Positions 14,465 to 27,790 are shown, numbered from the stretch's first letter. The stretch is 64,000 bases of DNA from Perna viridis (GCA_037379345.1 CM074518.1:23932001-23996000), one strand, 5' to 3'. Numbers and translations are program-made. Notes: generated from the sequence alone by a model not told the origin.

Positions 14465-14700
14465 GTTGGTCTTAGGGGAGTGTGCTCGCCTCTAGTGATA
14501 GCCAGGTCACATCAAATGTTACTAAAAATGTTGTCATTGCTTCTCCGTCCTCCATCTAGCACGTGGTATTTAAAGGGGTGGTATGACGTCTGATTGTTTG
14601 CTGGGAGTTAAAATAATGTTTTCTAGAAGTGTGGCAAGCCTATCTGTGGCCTGTTGCTTCTGGGCGCTAGCACACTAACGACAAGTACAAAGTAGGGTTT
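14465..14700 (+). mobile_element. Degenerate Meta-domain-type SINE
   Basis: Recognised motifs ttgcttctcc..tagcacg, ataatgt, and ctgttgcttc..gcgctagcac in the order typical of bivalve Meta-SINEs; not aligned to a library. Confidence 0.5.
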
Positions 14701-15032
14701 TTTCGATTGACCAAACCTTTTCGTCATGAAATATTTGCCAAAGAACGTGAAACCACAATCAGTCAATGATTGAATGACTAGATTCAGACTTCTCAACTTC
14801 TGTTGATGAAATCTTTTTTGCTGCAACAGATGAGCGATAGTATTTTTGTTTGTTTGTTTTTTTTTTTTTTCATTCCTGCATTTGAATGTCACTCAGATAC
14901 TTAAACTGTTTCATTATTTCAAACGTTACCAAATATGTAAAGCTCTGAAAGATAGACTACTTTAATGAACGAATTATTACATTTACTCTCTTGCTTATTA
15001 TATGTCATTAATCTAGTATATGTATTTTTCAG

Positions 15033-15133
15033 AGACAATAAAGGACACTCGTGAACTCAATCAGTTCCCAAATGAAGTTTCAATCAACGGTGATAATAAA
15101 GATGGCAACAATACAGAATTACCATTTAAATAA
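15033..15133 (+). CDS. Putative terminal cytoplasmic exon of the plus-strand gene
   Basis: tatttttcag acceptor; phase 1 matches the TM exon; reads (K)TIKDTRELNQFPNEVSINGDNKDGNNTELPFK*. Confidence 0.65.
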
Positions 15134-16676
15134 TTCACAATGTCCTACTACGAACACGTTGTGTACTACGATCACGTTGGATGCATGGCCAAGATAAATG
15201 GTTATCTTGACAGAAGTCCGTTGTAGCTCTAGTTCGTCATTAGCACCACACAAACTGTTTATTTTTCTGTGTTTCATCTTCTTGCAACCAATCGTCAATA
15301 TAAATAATATTCTGACGATTCCCCCAGACAATCAGATGTTAGATACTTTTGAGTGATAGTTTGTGTTTTTGTATGACCCATTTCTGATATTAAAATCAAA
15401 GTGTTCCTCTTGTTGAAAAATGGACTATGAAAGTAATAGTTAGATGACAACAAATAAACAATTGTTTTACATTATCTTTTCTGTCAAGATCTAACAGATA
15501 GTTCTAAACATTTGGTGAAGACGGGTGTGCTTTCGCAAATTTATACAAGGTGTCAATTAGCCTTATATATATATAAATATATATAACTTTATTCTCATGT
15601 TTTCTAAACTTAAAATCTATTATTTTCCAAAAGAGTGAGCTTGTACACATATTTCTGGCATAATTCTAGTGAAAATATATTCTAGTATTGTTAAGACGTT
15701 TAATATCTAAGAAAAAATTCTTTATTTATATTTTTTTACATAGCATGGTACATTAAGTCGTTATATTATGTATATATTTGAAAAGACTCTCTGAAATATC
15801 GATGAATACTTCACTGACCAAACAATATCATTGCTAAAACTTAAGATTGCAAAATGGACGCTCAGCAAAACAATATCAATATTCCTTTTCTTTATATTAT
15901 ACTGGTAATTATAAACATTTATTTTGTGTATATCTGTCTTCACAGTTTTGTTAAAGATTGAACTAATTCAAATATTGTTTTAACTAGTGCAATCAATATA
16001 CATCCCACTTTCAAAATTCAGACTTTTTAAGAGTTTGGCCATGTAGGAACTAGGCAGTTACTATGACATGATTGCACATGGTAAATTTTATCCCATGGCA
16101 TTGTTTAGTTCCTATGTAATGTTTATATCATATGTACGTCAAAAAGATTTTCTGTTTTCAAATCGACAATAGATGGTTCAGAAAATGATTTTAAAGTTCC
16201 CCGAGAAAGCTACCAAACAGCACAGAACGAAAGTGTCAATTCCCTTTTTCAATGAATTATATATAATTTAAATCTCTTAAACCGTTGCAGTTAATAAAAA
16301 AAACATCTAATTTTGAGGAAGGATGAATTTGCAATATTAAATACACGATTTTGTTAAAACAAAATATGCCATGTGCCACACATACCTGTTTTATCATATA
16401 TACACATTATATAATTATATACATATAATTTGTTCTTGCAATAACTGTAAATGTGTTCAGATGTATATTTATATAAAATATTGTTCTTTATATAACATTG
16501 CACAGAATGTTCAAATAAACAATAATACCTCCAATTTTGTTCTTTTTCGGTTTAGCATATTTTTTTACATTTCTTACAAACATTTACATCAAATTTACAC
16601 AATGGTTACGGCAGTTCAGCGTATCATATGCATGAGAGTTGAGATTAAAAACTATGAAGAGAATAAGAGACTATAA

Positions 16677-17353
16677 CAGAAGTTTTAAATGATACATGTA
16701 CATACTTAGAGATGCAAGCATGTAATGAATTGAAGGCGACCATCCATTTTATTGACAAACGAACGCGAACCAAAGTATCGATGTCACGTCAAAATGTTGA
16801 AGGGGAGGGGATCGATGGGCCTATTAGACCAACAGTTGGTCAAGAAGAGTACTCTGCTGATAAGGTTCAAAAGGGTTATCTCCTTTAAAAAGCCGAAATA
16901 GTTAAAAGGTTTCTTCTCGTGTATTCATTGTTTCCTTGGTGTAATTTGTGTTATCTGTATAAACAATCAGGATAACTTAAATGTTTTGTAGAAACCATAT
17001 TTAACATAAAACATATTTATATTTTTAATAGACATGATAGAAAAAAATATTACAGTTTCTCGATTGTTAAAAAAGTAGGCATTTCAAGTGAATAAAGGAC
17101 TACATCAGAAGTTTTAAATGATACATGTACATATTTAGAAATGCAAACATGTATTGAATTGAAGGCGACCATCCATTTTATAGACAAAAGAACGCGAACC
17201 AAAGTATTGATGTCACGTCGCAATGTTTAAGGGGAGGGGATCGATGGGCCTATTAGACCAACTGTTGGTCTAGAAGAGAGCCCTGCTGATAAAGTTCCAA
17301 AGGGTACTCTCTTTTGAAAGGCCGAATGATATTATGTTTACTCGTGTTTTCAT
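16677..17353. repeat. Local direct duplication of about 250 bp (16677-16928 and 17106-17353)
   Basis: Both copies begin cagaagttttaaatgatacatgtacata and share gggagggga-tcgatgggcctattagaccaac. Confidence 0.9.
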
Positions 17354-20300
17354 ATAGCATTGGACTATTTACCTTAGCGCATTAATATAATCAGAAGAAG
17401 AAGCTGCTTTTTCAAGCAAATGTAGTTTACCTAAATGATAACTGATGGTTCGGTGTCAATGACAATTACTTTTTGTCTCACCGGAAATTACGAGGATTAA
17501 AGTTACTTCAACAGTAAGGCATATCTTATGATAAGATGTATGCAAATTGGTGTGATATTGTGATCACCTTTTTTTTTATATAAATATGACTTTTGACTAA
17601 AAGAAATGACATTTATACGTTTGACTAAAGCAATGTTGATGAAAATTTATTTTCATACAGTATCATATATCCTTGGTATATTCCTCAGCTGTTGAAATAC
17701 TTTAAGCATATCGTTATGGTCTTTTCACTATTTCAATCTATAAACACCTCAAAAATCAATATTTTCGTAAAACCGACATAGTTGACAGCGTATGTAGACA
17801 AATAACATTGTCAATGTTCGGTAGTGTATTAACATTAAAGTATATTGATATTAGTTTATTATTTTGTAAAGGTTCGTTCAACTGTTTTATCAATCATTCA
17901 ACACTTTTTCATATTCCGATTTTTAGTTTGGGTGTATGTACAGAAGAACTGTCACATAATCACAAAAAAAGCAGACACATCTTGTCTTCTATCTTATATT
18001 TCTACGACCTACAAAAGAAAATCACACAGAATGTATACGATAGTACAACATTGGATGATTTCATGTCAAAATTGTAATGAATTATGCAGTATACGTTAAA
18101 AAATAGTTTTTCTCATCATGGTGACAAGAAAAAAGTAAATGGTACTTTTTCTTAAAATTCGAAAGTCGTAAACATTTGTTGGTTTTCATTTCATATTCTG
18201 TCGAAATATTTAATGGTTTTATCTATAAGGATTCGTGATTTGTTTTCACTGAGAAAATAAACAAAAGTCATTTTATGAAATAAACATAAATGCGCTCTGA
18301 GAATCTATTTGTTACAAACATGTGTGGCAGAGTGGAATTTAACCAGGAATTGACTGTGGATAGAATATTCATTGTATGTTACTCTTCCTATATATTTATG
18401 TATTGTATTTTATTTATTATATGATATATGATTTGAGATTAATAAATGAATGGTTTATATGTTTATTGAAATTTTGACTGATGGATTTACCTATCAGCTG
18501 ATAAGCTATTCATAGAACTCTCTGTTTCTCTCTTATTTATTGATCTGTTCAGGTCACATGTATTTTAAAATTCTCGTTGGTGTTTCCTTTCGAATGTGAG
18601 TACTATTCTCTTTGAGTTTGCTGAGATGGATGGCAGATATATTGATTTCTTTGAGATTTTCATAACTTTGTCAATAGTTTCTGCCTACTATGTCAACATA
18701 AATCTACTTTGGAAGTTTAGTTGTATTGCTGAGTTTCTGGAACTTGTATTTGAGGTTTGTTTCTATATTTCTGGCACTTTATCCCACTAAAAAAACTTTG
18801 TCTTAACTGAGCAGCTAGCATGAGGTTGAATGTTCAGTTTGAATTTGAGAATGAATTTGCAGTATGAAAATTAACTGAGCGATTGAGTAAAATCTATTTA
18901 AACTATTTAAAGAGACTAAACGATATAAAAGATTACAAACATTTAAAATAGTTAATAATTGAGCTATTAAACCAAAAGTTTCAAAAGAGACAAATCTTGA
19001 ATGAATGTGATTTCTTATAAATAAATAGGAAATAAATAATTGATTAAATGGTTAACTTTTAATATGTTAAATGATATTTTTATCTAATGATGCACTCAAA
19101 GTTTTTGGTGTTTGTAATGAATGTAATTAATGTTCCATGAACACATCCGTTATGAGACATAAATTTGCTTCAGGTTTTATATGATGTGTTATAATTTATG
19201 AAGTACTGTATTATACCAGACAGTTAACCTGACCTTTTCATCTATTTGAGAGGTAAGCACTAAGTTGTGTTTTTATTATATATTTTTGTGTTAACATTCC
19301 ATTTGTGGCAATGTTTGGCAAACTTATGTTTTGCTGTTATTTTAAATCTAAATGTTGCATACAATTTATAGAGTATAAGAGATCTGTACAGAAAACCACC
19401 ATGTCAGAATTTACAAAATTATATTGGTATGAGATTTATGTCAATCATGAATAAATATAATTCATACATGTATACGCAATATATATTGAGTCTTAGAGAC
19501 AGACAAATACATGAAAACATAATTTATATTTTATTCTAACAATATTGTACAGGTTGACAGAATATGTTCTTTATTTAAAAATAGAGTTATCTTTCTTTTC
19601 TCTGTACTTATAGTATTTAATTGTATTACAGGGTCAATAAATTTATTTGTAACATATTCCAATCTGCATTATCAATAAAAGAACCCTAAATCATCCACGT
19701 TTAATTTGTGGATCCCAGCATGCTTTCACATGTCAGTAGCAAATAACTCGTCCTTTCATTACAAGTCTTTTTCGGCCAAACGGAAAAACTCTGAAACAAG
19801 CATGTAAAAAACTCACGGATCTGATATTATTTCACTAAATTTTCTATTTGAATGCTAGAAAATGGATATATTGTCAGAGTTGTCTGCCCTTAAAATATGT
19901 ACGTGCAGTTCATTTTAATCAAAATGTAATTCATTTTACGAAAATGAAAAGGACTCTGCTGTTACACGTACAAAAACAAACAACATTTTGATCTTGGTGT
20001 GTTATTTCATACAGAACTACCTTGTTCTTAGAGAGACACTAAAATTACTTTCTTTGATTTAATTATTTTTAATTAAACAAAAAGGAAATACCAATAATAC
20101 ACATTGCCAATTTCGAAGTGCTGTACACGTGTTTCAATGAGTAACTTCTAAATAGAAGTATTATAATTGAATATGTAGAAAGATATAAATCTAAAAAATA
20201 ATTGTATACATGTAAAAATGTACTCATAGCCAAATATTATTGAAATAGAAAACCAAATCCTGCGAGGTCATGCGCAATGAAATGAAGCCCCAATTGTTCA

Positions 20301-20438
20301 GTGTTTTGAAATTTCCAATACTGCAATCTTTGATATATATTATAAATAGTATCTGATACAAGTTGAGATTAGACAGATCAAATTACGGGTTAACAAATAT
20401 CTTCTGGGACCTTAGGTTAAATGATTACAATAATTTAC

Positions 20439-20543
20439 CCTTTCCCTGTCGACATCTTCTACGACTTGCATAGAACAATCCAGCAGAAAGAATTCCCGAG
20501 CCAACGATGTATATTAACACAAACTTCACATTTGGCACTTTTC
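20439..20543 (-). CDS. Ig-receptor gene 1, transmembrane exon (type A)
   Basis: ttattgtcag acceptor, gtaaat donor, 105 nt, phase 1/1. Reads GKVPNVK-FVLIYIVGSGILSAGLFYA-SRRRCRQGK. Confidence 0.8.
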
Positions 20544-21162
20544 CTGACAATAAAAAAAATGTTACACACTAAATGTCTGATTTCATCATGAAAGGTAATC
20601 GAACTTTAAATATTGTTTTTTATTTTTTACACCGATAAGTACATAATTGGTTGCTAAGCAAGCAAATTCAATATTTTATTCGCAACATGCTGACTATTTT
20701 AGAAAAAAATCATCGTGCGTGTCGTTCCTACGACGTTTCCAGGGAGATTTATGCGTCTGTTTGTTGTTTCATAGACAAAATTATGTTACGTTATATGTGG
20801 ACCTGGTAACATATATACTGCATTTTCTAAAGACATTATTACAAACAAGCAATGCTATTTTCATTATTATTTTCAGAAGTCGAATAATAGAAACTAGATA
20901 TTGTGACAAACGGACGTTTAGTACGATCGCTTTTTACTGTGCAAATTCAGGATAAAATTCTGTAAAGGCTGTAGAAACATATATTCCCTATATACCTCGG
21001 GGATAAAGGTACTTAATCTGAAAATCATGGACTGATGAACACTGAGGTAATATCTAACAAACATATACGACGGGTGGACATAACATTGAAATGGAAAATA
21101 TATTGATTTTCTTTTATTTCAAAATACGTCACACTGTGTTACACTGTATATATAATACATAC

Positions 21163-21204
21163 CATTTAGAACCACTGTTGTTGTTATGTTTGTTGATATT
21201 ACAC
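21163..21204 (-). CDS. Ig-receptor gene 1, second Thr-rich stalk exon
   Basis: aaag acceptor after a T-rich tract, gtatgt donor, 42 nt, phase 1/1. Reads GVISTNITTTVVLN (NIT sequon). Confidence 0.65.
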
Positions 21205-21902
21205 CTTTATCAACATAAAAAGATATAACTTTATTTTGATACATAAATATGTGTGTGTATGTGTATGCATGTGTGTGTATGATATAATTATTTGGGTCAA
21301 CTTTTGTAATCAAAACGCCTTGTACTATTTACCTTGTTTTGCTTACTTAAAGAAAGAGGATTTTTTTTTTTGCTTTTTAGTTATATGTGTATGCATCTCA
21401 GTATGAATCGGTCTAACTGATAAAACAATTAAATGTTGTCTGGTTCACGTTCAGCCATAATTATGGTATGCATATTCGGGATTATAACAAAAAACAAGTT
21501 TGTTATAATTAATTTGAAATTTAAAATGAAAAAAAAAATGTTAGGAAATAGGAAAATACAAAATTGAGAGAGCCACCGGAGAATGACAGAAATGTGTTGG
21601 GGCGGTCAACTTTGCAATCTGATGAGGTTTTTTTTAGAGAACTCTACAATATGGGTGTGTTGATTTAGCGTGGCGCACTTGGAATAAAAATGATCAAATA
21701 TCGATACAACCTACGAATAAAAGGCTCCCCAATTTGATCATCTTAACTAAAAAGTTTATTTCAAGTTAAGGTCTGTGCTGGCCTCTATTGTATTACTTCT
21801 AAGTCGACTAGTAAGTGTAACAAGTAACACGATCGAGTAATATCAGAACTGTTAAGGTTTGTTTCTGTACGTATTATCATGATATCATTTTTCTTTATTT
21901 AC

Positions 21903-21956
21903 CTCTGGTACTTTGATTCGTGGTTTCATTGGCTGTCTGTGTACAGTTGATTTCAT
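21903..21956 (-). CDS. Ig-receptor gene 1, stalk exon
   Basis: aacag acceptor, gtaaat donor, 54 nt, phase 1/1. Reads DEINCTQTANETTNQSTR; conserved in all three units. Confidence 0.8.
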
Positions 21957-22279
21957 CTGTTAAATATTGCAGTAAGGAGGTCATTTTCAAAACAAAGTTA
22001 AGTAAATGTATATGAAAATTAAAGACTTGAAATTGTGAGTCCAAATTTAAGTACGCAGATACAGTTTAAAAACAATTATCATTTTGGCAACAGAGTAGGC
22101 GGTTCAGAAAGGGGGTTCTAGGCTAATATTCGCCCAAAATAAAAAAAAAATCCCATGAAACCAAAAAAGAGTCCAATTACCGGATCATATCCTATAGATC
22201 CGCAACGGGAGTCTAGTTATTGAATATTTGCCACGTATGACAAGAGAAATTAAATGTGTATACCAGTAAATGTATTGAC

Positions 22280-22558
22280 CTTTCATTGTTACGTTAAATG
22301 TTTGTACTGTTAATGAATTATCCAAGCAGGTATAGACTCCTATGTCGTCTTGGCTCATATTTGTAAACTTCAACTCATACACTCCAATGCTGACATTAAC
22401 AATAACATCCAAATCTTGACTATTGTTCGGACCGTGTCTTCTATTTATGAATATGTTTTCATTGCCTTTAATCCACACCAATGTTTTATTGAAACCTTCA
22501 ATAGGGCAACTCAAAACCAACTGTTCTCCTGGACATAATTCTCTCTTTAATACGTCAC
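22280..22558 (-). CDS. Ig-receptor gene 1, Ig-superfamily (V/I-set-like) domain exon
   Basis: ttttag acceptor, AAG|gtcaat donor, 279 nt, phase 1/1. Motifs G-x-x-x-x-L-x-C, W-x-K, Y-x-L-x-F and D-x-G-x-Y-x-C. Confidence 0.92.
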
Positions 22559-24450
22559 CTAAAACCATGATTAGACATATGATATACAAAGTAAATTACA
22601 ATTGATATAAACAACTGTTTGTCTATTTACAACAAACACAAGACAAGATCATTATAGGAAATCTTTCAAATTTAAATACTGATGTCATATTCACTTATTT
22701 ATTTATGCAGTTCAGTAAATGCCTCATTAATTTGAAAATATCTTTGTTATAAAACACAGTGAACAATGAACTATAACAGGATTATTATACTAATTTTTAA
22801 AATTTCTTGTCTTATTCCTTCAGTAAGAATAAAAATGTTTACCTTCCAATTTTTTACCCATTATATTTGTTTATCATTGTTTAAAGAACTCACAGCATAA
22901 TCATTGCATTTAACTTATATGTTTATATATGTTTGGATTGAGTTGTCTTTCTAACCATGAGACTGATGATATCAAAAAGAACATTCCTTTGGTTTTCGTG
23001 TAATAACAAACTTAATTTGCTCGTATCCTTGAAACTTAATTGGTATTCAGTTATTATACTTTCCTCAACATCTACAATTGAAAACTAAAACACCGTTTTA
23101 ATTCAAGGTTAATATCAATGAAAACAATCTATACACGAACAATATTTAATGGATGTAGGTTTAAACAAACAACAGATCTGTTAGTAGGGAGAATACACAC
23201 CACGAAACCACAATACTCATCATTTGCCTTGTTTTCATTTTATAAATCCATATTGTCATTATTTTAGTCTTCTTAAACTCGAGAACATTTTAAAAGGATG
23301 ATTGATCCTACGTTGTTTTTATAATAGGTTTTACTCCAGTTGTGGCGAATGTTGCCCAGATTAAACTATATACATGTAGTTACTTTCTTACACGGGTCGC
23401 GCACACAATTTTGTCCCTACAGTACTGACCAGTTGCGACGGGTAATAGTAATTGTTGAGAAATATAATCGAGTTCCAATGTAACGTTCTTTATTAGTACA
23501 AGTTTAGTGATTATTGGTGATATTTACGAATGCTCATTCTTTTATATTTTTATGATATGAATAATTATGTTTGATGTGTATCTGTTATATGAAGCGCATT
23601 TACTTTGTCCCATCTATTGGTTGTACTTAGTATGCTGATTGTTTCTGTCTTTGCAATGTTGTACCGTTTCCGAAGGTCTATAATAAAACTGGCTGTAACC
23701 CATTATAACAATAGCAACATGTTTATTGTTTTAAGCCAGTCATAAACTGAATATTGATATTTGCACATATTAAGAAAATAAATCATGAAAATTTAAGCAT
23801 ACTAGACATGAATTAAATTTACAGATTTGAGTTAGTTTATCTTAGTTAATCAGACTTTTATTTTTGTAGCAATTTGTACTTACAACTCGACATTAACAAA
23901 CAAATCAAACTAAGTATTACAATAAACTATTTTTGGCTATAAAAAGTTTGGTAACCTTGGATTAATTTGTGTCACCAGTCTATTTCCCATTATGAAAACA
24001 TGCAATAATTTGTTTTAATGCCATATATGGATTTCAATATTAAGTCGGCAAAAATAGACAAAACCAAGCATTTTTCCTGTTATTTGGTTAATATTTAAGT
24101 GCTTTGACGCCATTATGACTTGATGCATAGGGTTAAGCTAATGTCATGTCATTCTTGTGGTATGTACGTTTGTTCATAGTGAGTTCAAAGAACGGGGAAC
24201 CAAGAATAAAAAAATAGCCAAAACTACGTTGTTAAATTGTCAAAAGCTCTTACTGGCCATGCTTGCTCATCTGGATGTGATTTGTAAAATATTAAAAAAA
24301 AGCTAATCAACTTAAAAGTCAGTGTTGTTTGTTCTATGTAGTAATCATGTATGGAAGTTAGCATGTCCATGTTTGTAATCCAATTTCTCTTCAGTATCCA
24401 AAATAATGAATACATGTGACTAAAATGATGTAACTTTTTTTTCTTATCGC

Positions 24451-24958
24451 GCCCCGTGCAGGTCCGGGTGTTAAAAGAATAGGCCTGCAGCAGCGCTAAG
24501 CTTGTCGTATAAGGCGACTAAATAGTGCTCAGAACGCTAGCCGGGGGCCTAGGCGCTTTGCCAACAGAGCAACTGGGATGTGTGCCCCAGATGGTGGAAT
24601 GGGGTACCCCTGGCGTGTTACATGCTGGGGTTATCAGGCTATAATACGGAAAACCTGACCGCAAACCATAGTGGTGCACCGTGTTGGGAAAGACGCAACG
24701 TTCCTCGCACGTTAAAGAACCTTGCTGTGGTATTCGATAGGAGTAGGAACCCTTGCGCTCCGCCACAGGAGGCTAAATTGCCCGAGCTTACCCATCCCCC
24801 CTCTTTCCAGTGGCAATCAAAATTTGTCGACCCTATTATCCTTGTGACCCATCCTTTTTATCGTTTCATGTTCATTTTATCATCCATTTCATTTTCATTG
24901 TCTGAATATAGCTGAAATATTGCTGCTCGGACGTTAAACCCCAACAAAAAAACAAACA
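24451..24958 (+). mobile_element. SINE-like element (copy B) in the leader-Ig intron of gene 1
   Basis: 12-bp TSD ttttcttatcgc at 24439-24450 and 24959-24970; empty sites in unit 2 (~41650) and unit 3 (~57185). Confidence 0.92.
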
Positions 24959-25025
24959 TTTTCTTATCGCATTTAACAAATGTATATTCTTAGAAATTAC
25001 AAGACGCACATTGTAAGTTGCTTAC

Positions 25026-25074
25026 CATTTAAAAGAACGGCAATTACCAATAGGTTAAGTACATAAATCTTCAT
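25026..25074 (-). CDS. Ig-receptor gene 1, signal-peptide exon
   Basis: ATG at 25074; reads MKIYVLNLLVIAVLLN|G; phase-1 gtaagc donor; upstream acceptor ttcacag; conserved in three units. Confidence 0.8.
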
Positions 25075-25370
25075 GTTGCACTGTGAAATTAAAATGACAG
25101 AAATTCATTTATTGTGTTAAACATGATGAAGTAAATAGATTTGTATTGTTTCAAGGACCGAGCCGTATTTGCTTTTTTGGGGATTTAAGTGATTTTTTTT
25201 ACAATTTATACTGTGTACTTCCACTATAAACATATTGTCAGAAATTGTTACAGGTTGCCTAAACTACTAATGGAATAAAATTAAACAATTTATATGATTG
25301 TTAGAAAAAATAACATTTTTTATTTATTCTGCAGTTTGATTTACAAAATGCATATGACAATCTCCCTTAC

Positions 25371-25400
25371 CTGTTTTCATCAGCAATTCATTATGCACTC
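25371..25400 (-). other. Putative non-coding 5' UTR exon (paralogous donors at ~42061 and ~57578)
   Basis: Conserved CAG|gtaagg donor in all three units upstream of the leader exon, which itself has an acceptor; the 5' boundary is uncertain. Confidence 0.4.
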
Positions 25401-26464
25401 TGAACAATGATCTGTATTTTTTGTTTGTTTGTCGTATTTATACTTGTAACAATACTTCCTTATATTAATGAAGTCGAAAGTTCATGAATACTTTAAATAC
25501 ATTTTATAGTGTATTTTAGAGACCATATTACAATTTACAAAATAAAATGAAATAAGGAAGTATATCAATCACTTATTTAGATTATTATTTATTTTTTTTT
25601 AAATATTATTATGATTGCGGAATGAAATCTTGAAAATCTGAACCATGTTTTGTAAAGATCAATTATGTACTAATCTCTCATACCCATTTGTGTGCAATAA
25701 AAAGGAAAATTCACATCGTGTTTGAGAGGGTACATATTTGAAAGCCTCGAATTCAAAGTTAATCAGTGTTTAAAGCCAGGTAATGTCTATAGAATCTGAT
25801 TTTCATATAACTGAACCCATCGATTGGTTTACACTAACCAAAAAGATTTTTTATCTTGATGTCTAAAGAAGATATCATACTAGATAATGTTTTGTGTATG
25901 TGTGAAAAACATCGAGGTAAAGCAGCACATGGTGCGACAACTGAAGATACAGAAATCACAATGAGCAATGTCATATGATACCGTTAAACGCGCATATCAT
26001 AAATTAAATAAACTATTTATATATTAAAACTTAAACAGTATTAGTCAGTCAATGCATAAAAGCAATAGCTGGCTGGCAAACAATCTAAAATATCAAATAT
26101 ATGCGAGATATATTGAATGCTACCGACTACAATTCATGTATTTCTGTCCTTCTAATTGACTAAATGTCATTGAATATAATCATTTTTTAGAATAAATAAA
26201 AGTACTTATTTTTCGCTAGCATTTCAGAAACAGACGGCTAGGATAATTTTAAAATTCGGTAGCCAAAGCAATGCACATAATATAGATTTTATTCAAATAA
26301 TTATTCCTGTTCTACAACATGTCAGCATCTACGATGCTTTAATATCAAGTGCAGCAACCATGCTGATTTTTATATGGTACAGCAGCTTCTAAGAAACTAT
26401 TTTGTCTGGTTCAACATGAAGAAACATTTGTTAAAGTAAGAGTAGTTAAAAAAAAAACAGAATG

Positions 26465-26615
26465 GTTGATTGATTGTTGGGGTTTAACACTCTAGCAGCA
26501 ATATTTAAGCTATATTCAGGCGATGAATATGAAATGGGTGATATATATGAAGATGACATCATGATGTAATTAAGAATGGGATGAGATACGAGGACAATGA
26601 GGACTCAAATTTTGG
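26465..26615 (-). mobile_element. 3' fragment of the same SINE family (paralogues ~43195-43325 and ~59078-59225)
   Basis: Reverse complement of the SINE tail (ttgttggggtttaac..cagcaatattt.agctatattcag). Confidence 0.7.
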
Positions 26616-27790
26616 CTAAACCTAACAGTTTTGAGGCAGTATGCGAAAAACCTCTGTCTGACCACTATGTTATATTTATGGTAATGGCGGCCATGTTTAT
26701 TGACAGATCACAAATCCCATCAGTTATACATGTATGTAGAAAGAGTGATCAAGGGAACCAAGGTTATAGCGGTAATCAAAAGAATGTAATCCAGGGACAT
26801 GGTAATCAGACATGGAAAACAGACATACACAACAAAGAACATATAGTAACTAAAATCATACATACAAAGCAACAAAAGTAAATGAGGAACTCGGACTCCA
26901 CTAAAAACTGGGAGCATAGACCAGGTGCACCGGTAGGGTAAGCGTCCTCTGCTTTTATAGAAACACCCTCCGAGTTGCTCATTAAAAGTCATGTCCGGGG
27001 TAGACAAACGAGGGAAAGAAAACTATGACCCGTTGAATAAATCAGTTTTCATGGTGCTGATGGATACACCATAACGATTCACGAGTTCATGATAACAACC
27101 ATAAATCTTCTGTAATGATGACTTCAATCTTGTAGCAACATAACCCTGTTCCAGAAGCCTATTTGTTAGAGTTCTAGCGCGATACAAAAAGTCTGCGTAG
27201 CTCTGGCATAACGTATGAGTTGTGATATGAACACTCCATACGCAGGAGCCAAAGGGACGTTGCCACAGATGAAAGGAAAATTGACAATTCTGAATTAAAA
27301 GTCATAAGGTTTGCCGTAAAGTTTGGTAAGAATACCTTAATGGACATTCGTACCAAGTTCGAAACCATTTGGTCTTTACAGTCGTGTCAGATGGTAAGCT
27401 GCTTTAAAGAAAACACATTAATTATCGCGAAAAAAGAGCAAAAAACTGCATCTTGCTAAACAAATTTATACAATTTGACCACTGATAGAACGAATCATGC
27501 TGGGCCTAAGAGTTATTGAGATATAAGTAAGAAAATATCTGTCTGACCTGTATGTTAAGTTTTGACGGCAATGTGTTTTCGACGGATCAAAAATCCATAT
27601 ATCAGCTCTGTGCAAACGAACTTAAGCAACAATAATACCAAGTTTGGTTAAATTTTGCCCAGTTGTTTCAGAGGGGAAGAGTTTTGAAAAAAAATTGTTA
27701 AGGACGGACGATGTAAGACGGAGGACGACAACGGACGCTAACTGATGGCAATAGCTTACGTAGCCCTTTGGATCAGGTAAGTTTAAAATA
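26616..27790 (+). mobile_element. Helentron-associated/pearl-like non-autonomous element, interrupted by a Naiad (paralogues ~43326-43632 and ~59225-59788)
   Basis: Internal taccaagtttgg-type repeat units, a GACG microsatellite, and the terminal agct.acgt..ccctttggatcaggtaag..taaaa motif typical of bivalve HINE/pearl elements. Confidence 0.6.
26740..27327 (-). mobile_element. Naiad 3' fragment inserted only in unit 1
   Basis: Homologous to 4953-5545; the empty site tgtatgtagaataccttaa is present in unit 3 (~59345). Confidence 0.9.

Noticed and set aside
18500-18870. Possible coding or LINE-derived stretch
   Set aside because: Coding-like composition but interrupted frames and no motif I can name.
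19690-20330. Cytoplasmic exon of gene 1
   Set aside because: Several acceptors (~20320, ~20147, ~19790) each give short phase-1 tails (VLEISKH*, EVTH*, EFFRLAEKDL*); the sequence alone cannot choose among them.
22185-22589. ORF-track proteins (also 39269-39673 and 54885-55289) as single-exon secreted Ig proteins with leader MYIICLIMVL
   Set aside because: The apparent leader and the C-terminal extension are better explained as intronic read-through. Canonical phase-1 splice sites bound exactly the 93-codon domain, and a proper leader exon exists upstream.
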